In this document: piece by piece, positions 1 through 8,040 of the stretch
How the letters are laid out: the number at the start of each line of letters is the position of its first letter
Numbering within the stretch: the first letter of the stretch is position 1
Origin: a virus
Taxonomy: Duplodnaviria; Caudoviricetes
Virus record (IMG/VR): IMGVR_UViG_3300037462_000487
Location: 1-64,000 of that record
Length of the DNA: 64,000 bases
Reading direction: 5' to 3' (one strand)
Program-made: the position numbers and the translations under genes
Notes under the pieces: model-generated
Told to the model about the DNA's origin: nothing
The model's input: the letters and a program-made list of their open reading frames with translations, nothing else
Database searches by the model: none

Positions 1-982
1 TTCTCTTTCTATTCAAAAGAATGTTTTGCACAAAGTTCAGCAGCGTGTTCTGCAATACCGCGTTATCGGTTTGTGAAAAGACTTGCATTTCACTTACATC
101 GTCATACTCCGGGTGTGGCATTTCCAGCACCATCACCCAGGTGTTCTGTTCGGTTACAGCGTGACAATGCCGACAATTGTACATAGTGGTTTTGAAAAAG
201 TCAAACGGGTTCTCTGCCAGCACCACGTTATCACCAAAAATACAGCTATCGAGTCCTGCGTATTGAAACGAAACTTTGTCAGCAAACCGAACATTGCGTA
301 AATCGCAGCTTAGCAAAATAGCATAGTTAAACGCAACTTCATCCAGCTTCGCTGCCCGAAAATTGCAGTCAACAAAGCGAGTTTCAAAGCCATTAACTGC
401 TCTAAACTGAGTCGTCGCAAACTGACACTTGAAGAACTGGCTGCCTGTCAGATCACACAGATACAGATTAACATTGTTGAAAGTCAGGTTTTGAAACTGC
501 CGGTAGTGAAATACCCACCCACACAGCAGATTGCGACTCCAAACGATGTGGTTATCTTCTGTAATCCAGAAAGCGCCGTCGTCTGCCAGATTCAGAATTT
601 CCTGCACATAGTATTCATTCGGGCTGGCGGGAAAGGGTGTCATTTTTGTTGGCAGCCAGTTATCCTGAATTTTATCACGAGTAACGGAACTGAACTGCCA
701 GACATTGACAGGCATACCTGCTGCCTGCCGGCACTGCGACGGCAAAGCTTCCTTGAGCAGCAGCAGTGAACATTTAGGTACGCCTGCCAGTTGACAGACT
801 TCATCAGCATTTAGCGCTCCGCCGGCAAGAAAAATCAGGTACCGCCCGTCATCACTGACGATAAACGGATACCCGCGCTGCAACCAGCGAACTTCTTCCT
901 TTTCCAGCAGCGACTCTTTGACGTTGACGGTGTTATCCCACCGCGTGGTACGAAATACCTCAATTAAATTATCCGACTGCAT
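1..982 (-). CDS. Pentapeptide-repeat protein (3'-truncated by window edge), paralogue of 8041..8946
   Basis: Manually translated from ATG at 982; open to base 2 with no stop. ILNLADDGAFWITED-NHIVWSRNLLCG aligns with VLDLAEDDAFWIDDRTSSIIYASDLLTG of 8041..8946; degenerate 5-residue repeats follow (CDLTG SQFFK CQFAT TQFRA ... CNFRA AKLDE). Absent from the ORF track because it runs off the edge. Confidence 0.75.
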   Translation of the reverse strand, partial: MQSDNLIEVFRTTRWDNTVNVKESLLEKEEVRWLQRGYPFIVSDDGRYLIFLAGGALNADEVCQLAGVPKCSLLLLKEALPSQCRQAAGMPVNVWQFSSVTRDKIQDNWLPTKMTPFPASPNEYYVQEILNLADDGAFWITEDNHIVWSRNLLCGWVFHYRQFQNLTFNNVNLYLCDLTGSQFFKCQFATTQFRAVNGFETRFVDCNFRAAKLDEVAFNYAILLSCDLRNVRFADKVSFQYAGLDSCIFGDNVVLAENPFDFFKTTMYNCRHCHAVTEQNTWVMVLEMPHPEYDDVSEMQVFSQTDNAVLQNTLLNFVQNILLNRKR

Positions 983-983
983 A

Positions 984-1673
984 TCACTCTCCTTTGTCTA
1001 CCCGGTTAAGCGCTGCCAGCGTTTCCGTTAACCACTGCCGCAGTTCGTCCGCTGTCAGGTTTTCTGTTGTCTGAAAACGCAATACGCTGCCTCTGGTGTG
1101 TGTCGGCAGCGACTTAGACAGCGCAGTAACTGTTTCACCTGCTTTAACAACACTCAAGTTACCGGTAGCGCTGATTTCAATCGCATAGCCAGGAAATTCT
1201 CCTTCCCACCCCCACTTTTTCCAGCTTGCTTTTTCCGGCACATACCGGAGTTTCATCAAGTCGCTGATAGTGACTCGCAGCGACGTTTTTTCAGGATACT
1301 GCCGTACTCGATAATCACGGTTAGAGAGGCGTTCTTCGATCACCAGCAGGTGTTGAGTGTCGGCAAACGCGGTACCGACTTCTTCCGACAGCCAGAAACC
1401 CAATCCGTCTTCCTGTTCGTAAGCCAGGTCTACCGCGTCATCGTCGTCGTCATCAAAATAGATAGCAACTTCATAATAAGCGCCAAAGTCATGCGGATTG
1501 CTTTTAACTCGATACTGGATAGTACTGTCGGCAGGCGATACATTATAATGTCGCTGCAAGTGGCGAATGTAGTTTGCACATTCATTACGCGCAGCAGTAG
1601 GATTACTGTAAGGCACCTGCTCACACGGTTCTTCCGCCGGTGTCGGGCCAATACTGAGGTAGTCGCGTGTCAT
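984..1673 (-). CDS. Hypothetical phage protein
   Basis: 229-aa ORF with AAGGAG RBS, in the minus-strand gene chain; acidic N-terminal domain (DYLSIGPTP..E..CEQV, KSNPHDFGAYYEV). Confidence 0.8.
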   Translation of the reverse strand: MTRDYLSIGPTPAEEPCEQVPYSNPTAARNECANYIRHLQRHYNVSPADSTIQYRVKSNPHDFGAYYEVAIYFDDDDDDAVDLAYEQEDGLGFWLSEEVGTAFADTQHLLVIEERLSNRDYRVRQYPEKTSLRVTISDLMKLRYVPEKASWKKWGWEGEFPGYAIEISATGNLSVVKAGETVTALSKSLPTHTRGSVLRFQTTENLTADELRQWLTETLAALNRVDKGE

Positions 1674-1807
1674 TTTAATCTTCTCCTTACGAACAATTCA
1701 TCAGCAATTACTGCTATCGTGTCTTTAAACTGGTTTAACGCTTTCAGCATGTTAGCTGTGGCTGCGTTGGCAGCTAAAAGCAGTTCGTACCGAATTTTTT
1801 AACTCAT
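1670..1807 (-). pseudogene. 45-codon ORF with premature TAA at codon 3
   Basis: ATG AGT TAA AAA ATT CGG TAC ... TTA AAA TGA exactly fills the gap between flanking genes, with ATGA overlaps at both ends. Confidence 0.35.
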
Positions 1808-2598
1808 GCCAGCATCTCCTGCTCGACGCGCTCAATAGTTTGCAAAGCCAGTGCCAGACGATCCGGGTGAGCGCGGTATTCGTGCTGTGCCCATTTTTGC
1901 GCTTGCTCTACGGTGCCGTTAAACCAGCTTTGATTCAACATCAACCTGCCACGCTCTGCGACACGCCCGTTACTATCAACGAGCCAGGCGTAAATTTTGC
2001 TACCGGTACGGTCGTGAGGGGCATCAAACTGTCGCAGCAGCGTGTTCTCTACCAGAGAACCTTTCAAGTCCACGCTACGCAGGTTTGCGCCAGCAAAGTT
2101 CGCGCCAGTCGCGTCTGCGCCACGCAGAGTCGCGCCAGCGAAGTTCGCGCCAGCGAAGTTCGCGCCACGCAGGTTTGCGTTAGTCAGGATTGCGTTAGTC
2201 AGGTTTGCGTCAGCGCAGTTCGCGCCAGTCATGTTTGCGCCATACAGCTTTGCGGCAGTCATGTTTGCGCCAGCAAAGTTCGCGCCACACAGTTTTACGC
2301 AAATCGTCAAGTCCGCGCCATACAGGTCTGCGCCAGTAAAGTTCGCGTCAACAAAGTTCGCGGCACGCAAGCTCGCGCTACGCAGGTTCGCGTAACAAAA
2401 AACTGAACGAGAAAAATCGCAGCAGTGAATCGGGATACCTGTCAAATCTAGCCGGGACAAGTCTAACTCCCACAGATCACAATCCGCCAGCGGCGGATTG
2501 TTGTAGCTGCGTTTTTCCGGGTCGGCAAACTTGCTGCCGAAAAAAGCGATAATTTGACGAACCTCAGCGGAGGTTAGGAATAGCAAACTGTTAGTCAT
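1804..2598 (-). CDS. Pentapeptide-repeat protein with conserved N- and C-terminal domains
   Basis: Long A(N/D)(L/F)xx tract (ANFVD ANFTG ADLYG ... ANLTN AILTN ANLRG ANFAG); N-cap DPEKRSYNNPPLA; C-domain RQFDAPHDRTG. Confidence 0.92.
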   Translation of the reverse strand: MTNSLLFLTSAEVRQIIAFFGSKFADPEKRSYNNPPLADCDLWELDLSRLDLTGIPIHCCDFSRSVFCYANLRSASLRAANFVDANFTGADLYGADLTICVKLCGANFAGANMTAAKLYGANMTGANCADANLTNAILTNANLRGANFAGANFAGATLRGADATGANFAGANLRSVDLKGSLVENTLLRQFDAPHDRTGSKIYAWLVDSNGRVAERGRLMLNQSWFNGTVEQAQKWAQHEYRAHPDRLALALQTIERVEQEMLA

Positions 2599-3290
2599 GC
2601 CAGCATCTCTTTCTCAACTTTTTCCAGCGTTTTGAGCGCCAGTGCCTGCCGCTGCGGGTTGTTGTATTCCCGCACAGACATTCTCTGCGCTTCTAGCAGG
2701 GTGCCGGTGAAGCAGCCCTGATTAATCATCAGGGTGCCTGACTCAGCCAGGCAACCATATTCGTCAACATACCAGGCATTGATTGGGTTATTGTTGCGAG
2801 AGTGTGGCGCGTCAAACTGCCGGATTCCGATAACCTTATTTAAGTCTGTTATATCAAACTTCACGTTTTTTAGATAAGCGCCGTAAAAGTTGACGGTGTT
2901 TAACGTGGCACGATAGAACCAGACATCTCTCAGCACGGCACCGTAAAACGAGACACGTTCCAGCACAGCACTGCGGAACCCGACACCTCGTAGCTCAGTG
3001 TGGTAAAAAGACACATCTCTCAACACCGCGGTGCGAAACATAACTCCATTCAGCAGCATATTTTTAAAGATAATTCGTTCCAGAATCGAGTCACTGAAAC
3101 TGCGGTAATCCCAAAGCAGCGCAGACAAATCTAAATCTGACAGGTCGGCCCAGTCTTCGTCAGAGTCGGGTGTGATGTGTATCTCCGCCAGTGGCGGCGG
3201 ATATTCGGGGAATTTAAGCGCAAACTGACTGAAAAAAGCTACTACGCTTCCTACCTGAGAAGCCGTCAGATGCTGCCGATTAGCAATCAT
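2595..3290 (-). CDS. Pentapeptide-repeat protein (AVLRD VSFYH type repeats)
   Basis: Start reassigned to ATG at 3290 (MIANRQH), overlapping the upstream gene end. Repeats AVLRD VSFYH, AVLER VSFYG; same C-domain IRQFDAPHSRN...NQGCFTGT. Confidence 0.85.
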   Translation of the reverse strand: MIANRQHLTASQVGSVVAFFSQFALKFPEYPPPLAEIHITPDSDEDWADLSDLDLSALLWDYRSFSDSILERIIFKNMLLNGVMFRTAVLRDVSFYHTELRGVGFRSAVLERVSFYGAVLRDVWFYRATLNTVNFYGAYLKNVKFDITDLNKVIGIRQFDAPHSRNNNPINAWYVDEYGCLAESGTLMINQGCFTGTLLEAQRMSVREYNNPQRQALALKTLEKVEKEMLA

Positions 3291-3810
3291 TGTCAACTCT
3301 TTCGTAAACTTTAAAATCAAATTTGCCGCGGTAGGTAGCGTAAAAACGTGGTCGCAGCCAGACTGTCGATTCGACATCCCACGCACAAAAATCACGGTAA
3401 TACTCTACGTCGGTGGGGTAACTTGCGTACCGATACGGCAGCCAGACAGCATCATAATCCTGAGCTAACGCTTCCCAATCCAGCAGATGATAGCGTTGCT
3501 GCCAGAAAGTGTATTTTTCCCGGAAGGAGTCGGTAAAGACTTTTTCTGCCAACTTTAAAACTCTGGCGGTGCGGTGCGGGAAAATCAGCCAGGCTTGATT
3601 GGCATAGAGGCAAAAATCGCTGTCGTAGCAAAATTGTGCCCAGGCTGAGCCACCGCGGGTGTCCAGTGAAGATGTCCAGAAGCAGTTAGCGGGTTTGTTG
3701 ATGATATTTAACCGCACCGGATTTCGGTTGGCAAACTGCTGCTGTTGTTTGAGTTGGACTGACAGCGGGTGAGCTGCCGCTGTCAGATGTAGCTGCACCG
3801 GCAAAGACAT
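3280..3810 (-). CDS. Hypothetical phage protein
   Basis: 176-aa ORF with AGGAG RBS; Trp/Tyr-rich (WDVESTVWL). Confidence 0.75.
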   Translation of the reverse strand: MSLPVQLHLTAAAHPLSVQLKQQQQFANRNPVRLNIINKPANCFWTSSLDTRGGSAWAQFCYDSDFCLYANQAWLIFPHRTARVLKLAEKVFTDSFREKYTFWQQRYHLLDWEALAQDYDAVWLPYRYASYPTDVEYYRDFCAWDVESTVWLRPRFYATYRGKFDFKVYERVDNDC

Positions 3811-3823
3811 TGAACTTTTCTCC

Positions 3824-3985
3824 TTAAGTTACCAGAGTGAGCAAAAGCTGCCAGCACATCCACAGCAGAATCAGCACCACAAACACGATCAGACACCCTG
3901 CTGCCAGCGGCGGCGCAAACACCAGCGTCGCCGCGGTGGCAATAATACCTAGCATAGTCAGACAGTTCAAACATCCAGATTGCAT
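3824..3985 (-). CDS. Small membrane protein (53 aa)
   Basis: Manual translation MQSGCLNCLTMLGIIATAATLVFAPPLAAGCLIVFVVLILLWMCWQLLLTLVT; two hydrophobic segments; fills the gap between neighbours. Confidence 0.6.
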   Translation of the reverse strand: MQSGCLNCLTMLGIIATAATLVFAPPLAAGCLIVFVVLILLWMCWQLLLTLVT

Positions 3986-3988
3986 AAC

Positions 3989-4378
3989 TTACTCTTTCTG
4001 GCTTAACGCCGCTTTAACCCATTGTTCTTTGAGCCATTCATTGTAAGCTGGAAAGGCGGAATCAAACGTATACCATTCTGCATCCGGGAAATACCCACCG
4101 GGCTGCCGGGGGAAGGCTTCGCCACGCTCAATCGCCGCAAATACGTCGGCTGTAGTAGTCGCGGTGCCGGTGTACGGGATCAGGCAGCTACTTTCGACCC
4201 ACCGGAAGATGTGGTACGTCAGCGTGGTTTCGGCGGAATACTTCAAAAACGGTATTTTGTACTGACTGTGGATGAGTGTTAGCTGGTGACGATACGAGTG
4301 TTCCAGCGTCAGCAACTGCGTCAGCAAACCTTTCAGGTAAGCGATTTTTTCGGGAAAACTTTTGTTGAAGTTTGTCAC
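3989..4378 (-). CDS. Hypothetical protein
   Basis: 129-aa ORF, GAGGAG RBS, GTGA-coupled to the upstream gene. Confidence 0.7.
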   Translation of the reverse strand: MTNFNKSFPEKIAYLKGLLTQLLTLEHSYRHQLTLIHSQYKIPFLKYSAETTLTYHIFRWVESSCLIPYTGTATTTADVFAAIERGEAFPRQPGGYFPDAEWYTFDSAFPAYNEWLKEQWVKAALSQKE

Positions 4379-4653
4379 TTTGCTCCCTCATATAGCTGAT
4401 TAACTCGCAGCGCCCAGATGTAGACATACTCCTGCCGACACCATTTATGCAGCAATTGGCGGGTACTCTTTTTCTCCGCACGCTGAATATAGTACTCAAA
4501 CTGGCGGGAATAGCCGGTGATGGGATCGTCGAGCTGCACGATCCCCAGAACAGTGGCTTTGACGCTGCCGGTGACAACTACATCTGCCGGCAAACGCGAT
4601 TTACTGAGAGTTAATCCACCGGGAAAAAGCCATTGATCGTTATTGTCTGACAT
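4375..4653 (-). CDS. Hypothetical protein
   Basis: 92-aa ORF with GGAG RBS. Confidence 0.7.
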   Translation of the reverse strand: MSDNNDQWLFPGGLTLSKSRLPADVVVTGSVKATVLGIVQLDDPITGYSRQFEYYIQRAEKKSTRQLLHKWCRQEYVYIWALRVNQLYEGAK

Positions 4654-4698
4654 TTGATTACTCTCCGTGACTTCTTGATGACAATTTTAGCATACCAG

Positions 4699-5133
4699 TT
4701 AGCTGCCGGCAATCCTCTCTTTCAACTGCCGCGAAGCAAAAATAACCGCCAGATGTAGTGCAAAGTCGGCGGGAGTGAAACGGGGGTCAATCGCGGTAAC
4801 AGGAGTCTGCGCAGACGCTGCCTGCGCGATCTCCCGCAGCCGATCCTGCGCAGCCGCCGGCAGTGCAAGCTGCACTGTTTTTGCCGGGTGCGGGAATGCC
4901 TGCCAGGCAGCTTCCCACTGCCGAAACAGCGTCTGCCAGTCGTTTTCCGTCAGTCGCGGCTGCGCATCGTGTAGAATTTGCACCGCAGCTTGCAGAATGA
5001 GAGATACTTTAACGTTGTTGTCGGTGGTAAGCCACACCCGCAGCGGCGGTGGCAGCAGCAGCAGACTTTGCTTCACAGCGTTACCCAGGCGAGTAAAATC
5101 AGGCAACATGACTTCAAACAGAAACAGGTTCAT
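4699..5133 (-). CDS. Hypothetical protein
   Basis: 144-aa ORF, CGGAG RBS, tight packing. Confidence 0.7.
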   Translation of the reverse strand: MNLFLFEVMLPDFTRLGNAVKQSLLLLPPPLRVWLTTDNNVKVSLILQAAVQILHDAQPRLTENDWQTLFRQWEAAWQAFPHPAKTVQLALPAAAQDRLREIAQAASAQTPVTAIDPRFTPADFALHLAVIFASRQLKERIAGS

Positions 5134-5135
5134 CG

Positions 5136-5339
5136 TTAGACTCCGTCTTCACCAAACAACCAGTCACCAATAACTTTCGTTACCAGATCGGTATACACGT
5201 AGCCGTGTTTGTGTTCCATAATCTGCCCGACAACCGTTTGAAAGACAGTTGTCTGCGGGGTTTTGGTTGAATAATAGATCGTGACGCTATCTTCATCAAT
5301 CTTCACCAGCATCTCGCTGTCGGTAGCGATAAAAATCAC
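5136..5339 (-). CDS. Hypothetical protein (67 aa)
   Basis: GTG start overlaps the TGA of the upstream mini-ORF. Confidence 0.55.
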   Translation of the reverse strand: MIFIATDSEMLVKIDEDSVTIYYSTKTPQTTVFQTVVGQIMEHKHGYVYTDLVTKVIGDWLFGEDGV

Positions 5340-5437
5340 TTTATGCTGCGGCTTTCCGGGTCAGTGAACTTACCACTGAAAAGATCGACGATTTTATGAA
5401 CCTCATAGTCGGTTAGAGGCAGCAAGTTGTCAGTCAT
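5336..5437 (-). CDS. 33-aa stand-alone copy of the pentapeptide-protein N-terminal module
   Basis: MTDNLLPLTDYEVHKIVDLFSGKFTDPESRSIK with AAGGAG RBS; matches MTDNLQRLTATEVREIAAAFSEDTFTDPENRS of 9429..10205. Confidence 0.55.
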   Translation of the reverse strand: MTDNLLPLTDYEVHKIVDLFSGKFTDPESRSIK

Positions 5438-5508
5438 GCGTTTTGCTCCTTAAAAGCTGCGCGACGTAAAGCACCGCTGCATACGCTGCCGGGGCGGTAG
5501 AGTTTCAT
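5434..5508 (-). CDS. 24-aa mini-ORF
   Basis: MKLYRPGSVCSGALRRAAFKEQNA; GGAGG RBS and ATGA overlaps at both ends. Confidence 0.35.
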   Translation of the reverse strand: MKLYRPGSVCSGALRRAAFKEQNA

Positions 5509-5891
5509 TTTCCTCCGTACTTTTTGAAGGGAAAAGTTCCGGTGCTGATAAGAATATCCAGCACTTCTTCCAGAGTTTTTGGGTTATTCTCACAATCAAA
5601 TTCACCAAGTACCTCATCCCCGCGATACGCTCGCCAGCGTTCCCACCCAAACCCGTACCCGGTCACAAACTGTAACCGATACTCTCCTTTACTTTTATTA
5701 AGTGGGTCATTAGACTTAAACACCGGAGGCGGTTTTCCGTAGGCAGTCAGATATTTACGTACCCTACTGACAATTTCCTGCGCGTTGCCATATTCCATGG
5801 TACGCATGGTTGCCTCAACGTGTTCCAGATGATATTTTACATCATCCGGGATGTCCTGACGTTCACGCCAATGTTGGTCAAAATTTTTCAC
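5505..5891 (-). CDS. Hypothetical protein
   Basis: Start reassigned to GTG at 5891 (AGGAG 8 nt upstream); MKNFDQHWRE... Confidence 0.7.
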   Translation of the reverse strand: MKNFDQHWRERQDIPDDVKYHLEHVEATMRTMEYGNAQEIVSRVRKYLTAYGKPPPVFKSNDPLNKSKGEYRLQFVTGYGFGWERWRAYRGDEVLGEFDCENNPKTLEEVLDILISTGTFPFKKYGGK

Positions 5892-5954
5892 CGTAACATC
5901 TCCTGTTCGATATGCGCCAGCGGCTGTTATACACCGCAATGGTGTAAAGGGAAG

Positions 5955-6341
5955 TTATTGGACAGACTCCTTAATAAGCTGCGCCGTGTACAGAATAGCG
6001 ACATACGGCACAATCTCGTCAATTAACCGCAGATAGACACCGATACGAACCAGCTTAAGCCAAAGCCGATCCGATTCGTCTAAAAAGACGAATGATCGAC
6101 TCTCCCACGAGTCAGCCAGCGGCTTACGCCGGTAGGTGTCGGCGATGTACGCAGTCCAATCGACTTCGTAGCAGCCGTCGGGAGCTTCTATCACCCGCAG
6201 TACATTGCTTACCGCTACCCGTAACTGCGGCAGTGACTCGCTAGACGGGTCCAGCAAAACGGGGGCGGCGTTATAACGCTGCCACATATAGTCGCTGATA
6301 ATACGCCACTCTGCCGCCACCGCGGCAACGTTAATCTTCAT
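5955..6341 (-). CDS. Hypothetical protein
   Basis: Start reassigned to ATG at 6341 (GGAGG RBS); MKINVAAVAAEW... Confidence 0.7.
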   Translation of the reverse strand: MKINVAAVAAEWRIISDYMWQRYNAAPVLLDPSSESLPQLRVAVSNVLRVIEAPDGCYEVDWTAYIADTYRRKPLADSWESRSFVFLDESDRLWLKLVRIGVYLRLIDEIVPYVAILYTAQLIKESVQ

Positions 6342-6978
6342 CGTTTTCCTCCGGCGGATACTGCTGCTGCAAAGCCGACACCAGCCGTGTAAACTGCGGC
6401 GCTGACCGCAGCAGCCGGGAGGCATCCCGGTACAGATGATAGGTTTTTTCCTGCCACACCAGATACGTGTTACTGCGCTGGTCGGCAGTCGTTATCAAGT
6501 CATCGACAGTGACATGATACAGATGCAAACCGTAAGCAACCGTCGTCAGCAGGCAGCCGACAAAATTGGTGTCCCTACCGATAGTCAGAGACTGCGCAGG
6601 TACGCCGCCAAAGTCGCAGTCGTAGAGTGTAGCAGCCCCCGAAAAGACGAGTCGCTGCAACCGGCTGAAACGAAAGTCAACTCCTTTAAGCAGACAGTCA
6701 CGCAGCACCAGACTGCCAGTAGCATAGCGAAAGTTGCAGCTTTCCAGAGTTGTTGCCTGCACTTCGGTCGGCTCACCAAAAATCATGCCTGGCCAGTCTA
6801 ACTTTACCAGCCGACACCGATAAAAAGCCAGGTTTTTTGCCGGCCAACTCAGATTCAGAAACGGCTGCGACGCAGTGTAGCACAGTTCTTCACCCCGGAA
6901 CAGCGGCTCACGCAGCCGGGGAGGGAATTGCAGGCGCTTTGCCACTTGCGTATCGGTTAAAGAAGCGTAAGAAGTCAT
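6331..6978 (-). CDS. Degenerate pentapeptide-repeat protein
   Basis: TTLES CNFRY ... CLLKG VDFRF SRLQR ... ATLYD CDFGG, i.e. L/F periodicity of five. Confidence 0.65.
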   Translation of the reverse strand: MTSYASLTDTQVAKRLQFPPRLREPLFRGEELCYTASQPFLNLSWPAKNLAFYRCRLVKLDWPGMIFGEPTEVQATTLESCNFRYATGSLVLRDCLLKGVDFRFSRLQRLVFSGAATLYDCDFGGVPAQSLTIGRDTNFVGCLLTTVAYGLHLYHVTVDDLITTADQRSNTYLVWQEKTYHLYRDASRLLRSAPQFTRLVSALQQQYPPEENDED

Positions 6979-7187
6979 TGTGAGTCACCCCCGGAAGTCA
7001 GTTTTTCTTCAGTTACAGCCAGGTCGGCCAAAATGCCTGCCAGCAGCGTCGGATTGTCGGCGTAGAGACGCTGCGCCTGCTCGCGGGCAGACTGCACCAT
7101 CACGCGCAGCAGGTTCACGGGTGGGTTAGGAATACTACCAAATGCGACACTGGTTAATTCCGGCTTTCCAAATTCGTTGCGGTTCAT
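6975..7187 (-). CDS. Hypothetical protein (70 aa)
   Basis: AGGAGATGCTGCAATG start context; ATGA-coupled to the next gene. Confidence 0.65.
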   Translation of the reverse strand: MNRNEFGKPELTSVAFGSIPNPPVNLLRVMVQSAREQAQRLYADNPTLLAGILADLAVTEEKLTSGGDSQ

Positions 7188-7208
7188 TGCAGCATCTCCT
7201 ATTTGATC

Positions 7209-7790
7209 TTAATTATGCGCGTTTTGCTCTTGATGAATGGTGTAACCCAACTTCTTGATGATGCTTACTGCCAATTCGACATCGGCAGCCGCTACGAAGA
7301 CGCTGCTGGCGGCATTGTGCCGCAGGTAGCAATCATCTACGCCGGCATCGCCGACACCGGCTTCCGCCAGCGCGACTTGAACGAAATACATATCGTCCGG
7401 GGCGATATTATGTAAAACAATTTCATACGAGTTTTGGCTGGTAGGCACTTCCGACGGCGGTTCATAGCTGCTTTTCAGTCCGATGCAGCCGATGACTCGG
7501 CCGGCTTCGTCCCGGATGAGTTCTCCGGGAGAAAAAACGTCGGGGCGGTGCGGCACACGCGATGCCACCAGCATCGACACGATGTAAATCGTGTCTGGCT
7601 GCGGTTCCGGCAGGTCAGTCACTGCCCCATACTGCGCCACCACGGCTGCCACGCCGGGGATCGGCGAAGCCGCAGGTTTTGTGGTGACTTCGCAGCGGGC
7701 GGCCGGAGCCGTGGGTTGAATAATCAGAAAAGTGCCGTCCTCGCGCTGGATGTTCAGCGCGTGAGGAGTGAGATTAATGGCATCAGTCAT
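7209..7790 (-). CDS. Hypothetical phage protein, two-domain (INLTPH ... YIVS ... RDEAGRVIGC)
   Basis: 193-aa ORF with AGGAG RBS, starting ~30 nt after the tmRNA-like RNA. Confidence 0.8.
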   Translation of the reverse strand: MTDAINLTPHALNIQREDGTFLIIQPTAPAARCEVTTKPAASPIPGVAAVVAQYGAVTDLPEPQPDTIYIVSMLVASRVPHRPDVFSPGELIRDEAGRVIGCIGLKSSYEPPSEVPTSQNSYEIVLHNIAPDDMYFVQVALAEAGVGDAGVDDCYLRHNAASSVFVAAADVELAVSIIKKLGYTIHQEQNAHN

Positions 7791-7821
7791 GGCAGTACTC
7801 CTATAGCTAGATTGTTAACAG

Positions 7822-7941
7822 TGGACGTGCAGGGAATCGAACCCTGATCCACACCGCCGGTTGGGAAAAAGCCAGACCCCTGTACGTGCGCCTTCGCGGG
7901 GAATTAGTGGCACCGGCAGCGTGTCGAAGCCAGTCACGCCC
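7822..7941 (-). ncRNA. Mini tmRNA-like RNA: tRNA-like domain only (~120 nt)
   Basis: 5' GGGCGUG-ACUGGCUUCGAC; 11-bp helix ACGCUGCCGGU/ACCGGCGGUGU; GGAU linker; T-arm CAGGG-UUCGAUU-CCCUG; 3' CACGUCC-A. 7-bp acceptor stem with G3-U70, stemless D-loop, A discriminator, all tmRNA hallmarks. Interior is only ~50 nt. Confidence 0.85.
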
Positions 7942-7950
7942 GTATCTGGA

Positions 7951-7979
7951 ATTGTAGCAAAAAAAATAAGCGGTGTCAA
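7951..7979 (-). promoter_or_regulatory. Sigma70-type promoter of the mini-tmRNA
   Basis: TTGACA-17 bp-TACAAT with TG extended -10; the -10 box ends 9 nt before the RNA 5' G. Confidence 0.85.
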
Positions 7980-7990
7980 GCGATGGAATC

Positions 7991-8022
7991 AAAAAACCCG
8001 TCAGCCGGATAGCTGACGGGTT
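7991..8022 (-). terminator. Rho-independent terminator (copy 1)
   Basis: AACCCGTCAGC-TATCCG-GCTGACGGGTT followed by a U-tract on the minus strand. Confidence 0.85.
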
Positions 8023-8040
8023 CGAGTCAGAATTGACAGG

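Noticed and set aside
7822-7941. Canonical tRNA, Y RNA (YrlA) or an attP-type ssrA fragment
   Set aside because: No D-stem or anticodon arm. The termini form a G3-U70 acceptor stem with tmRNA-type D-loop and linker. Both ends plus a dedicated promoter are present and no integrase is seen.
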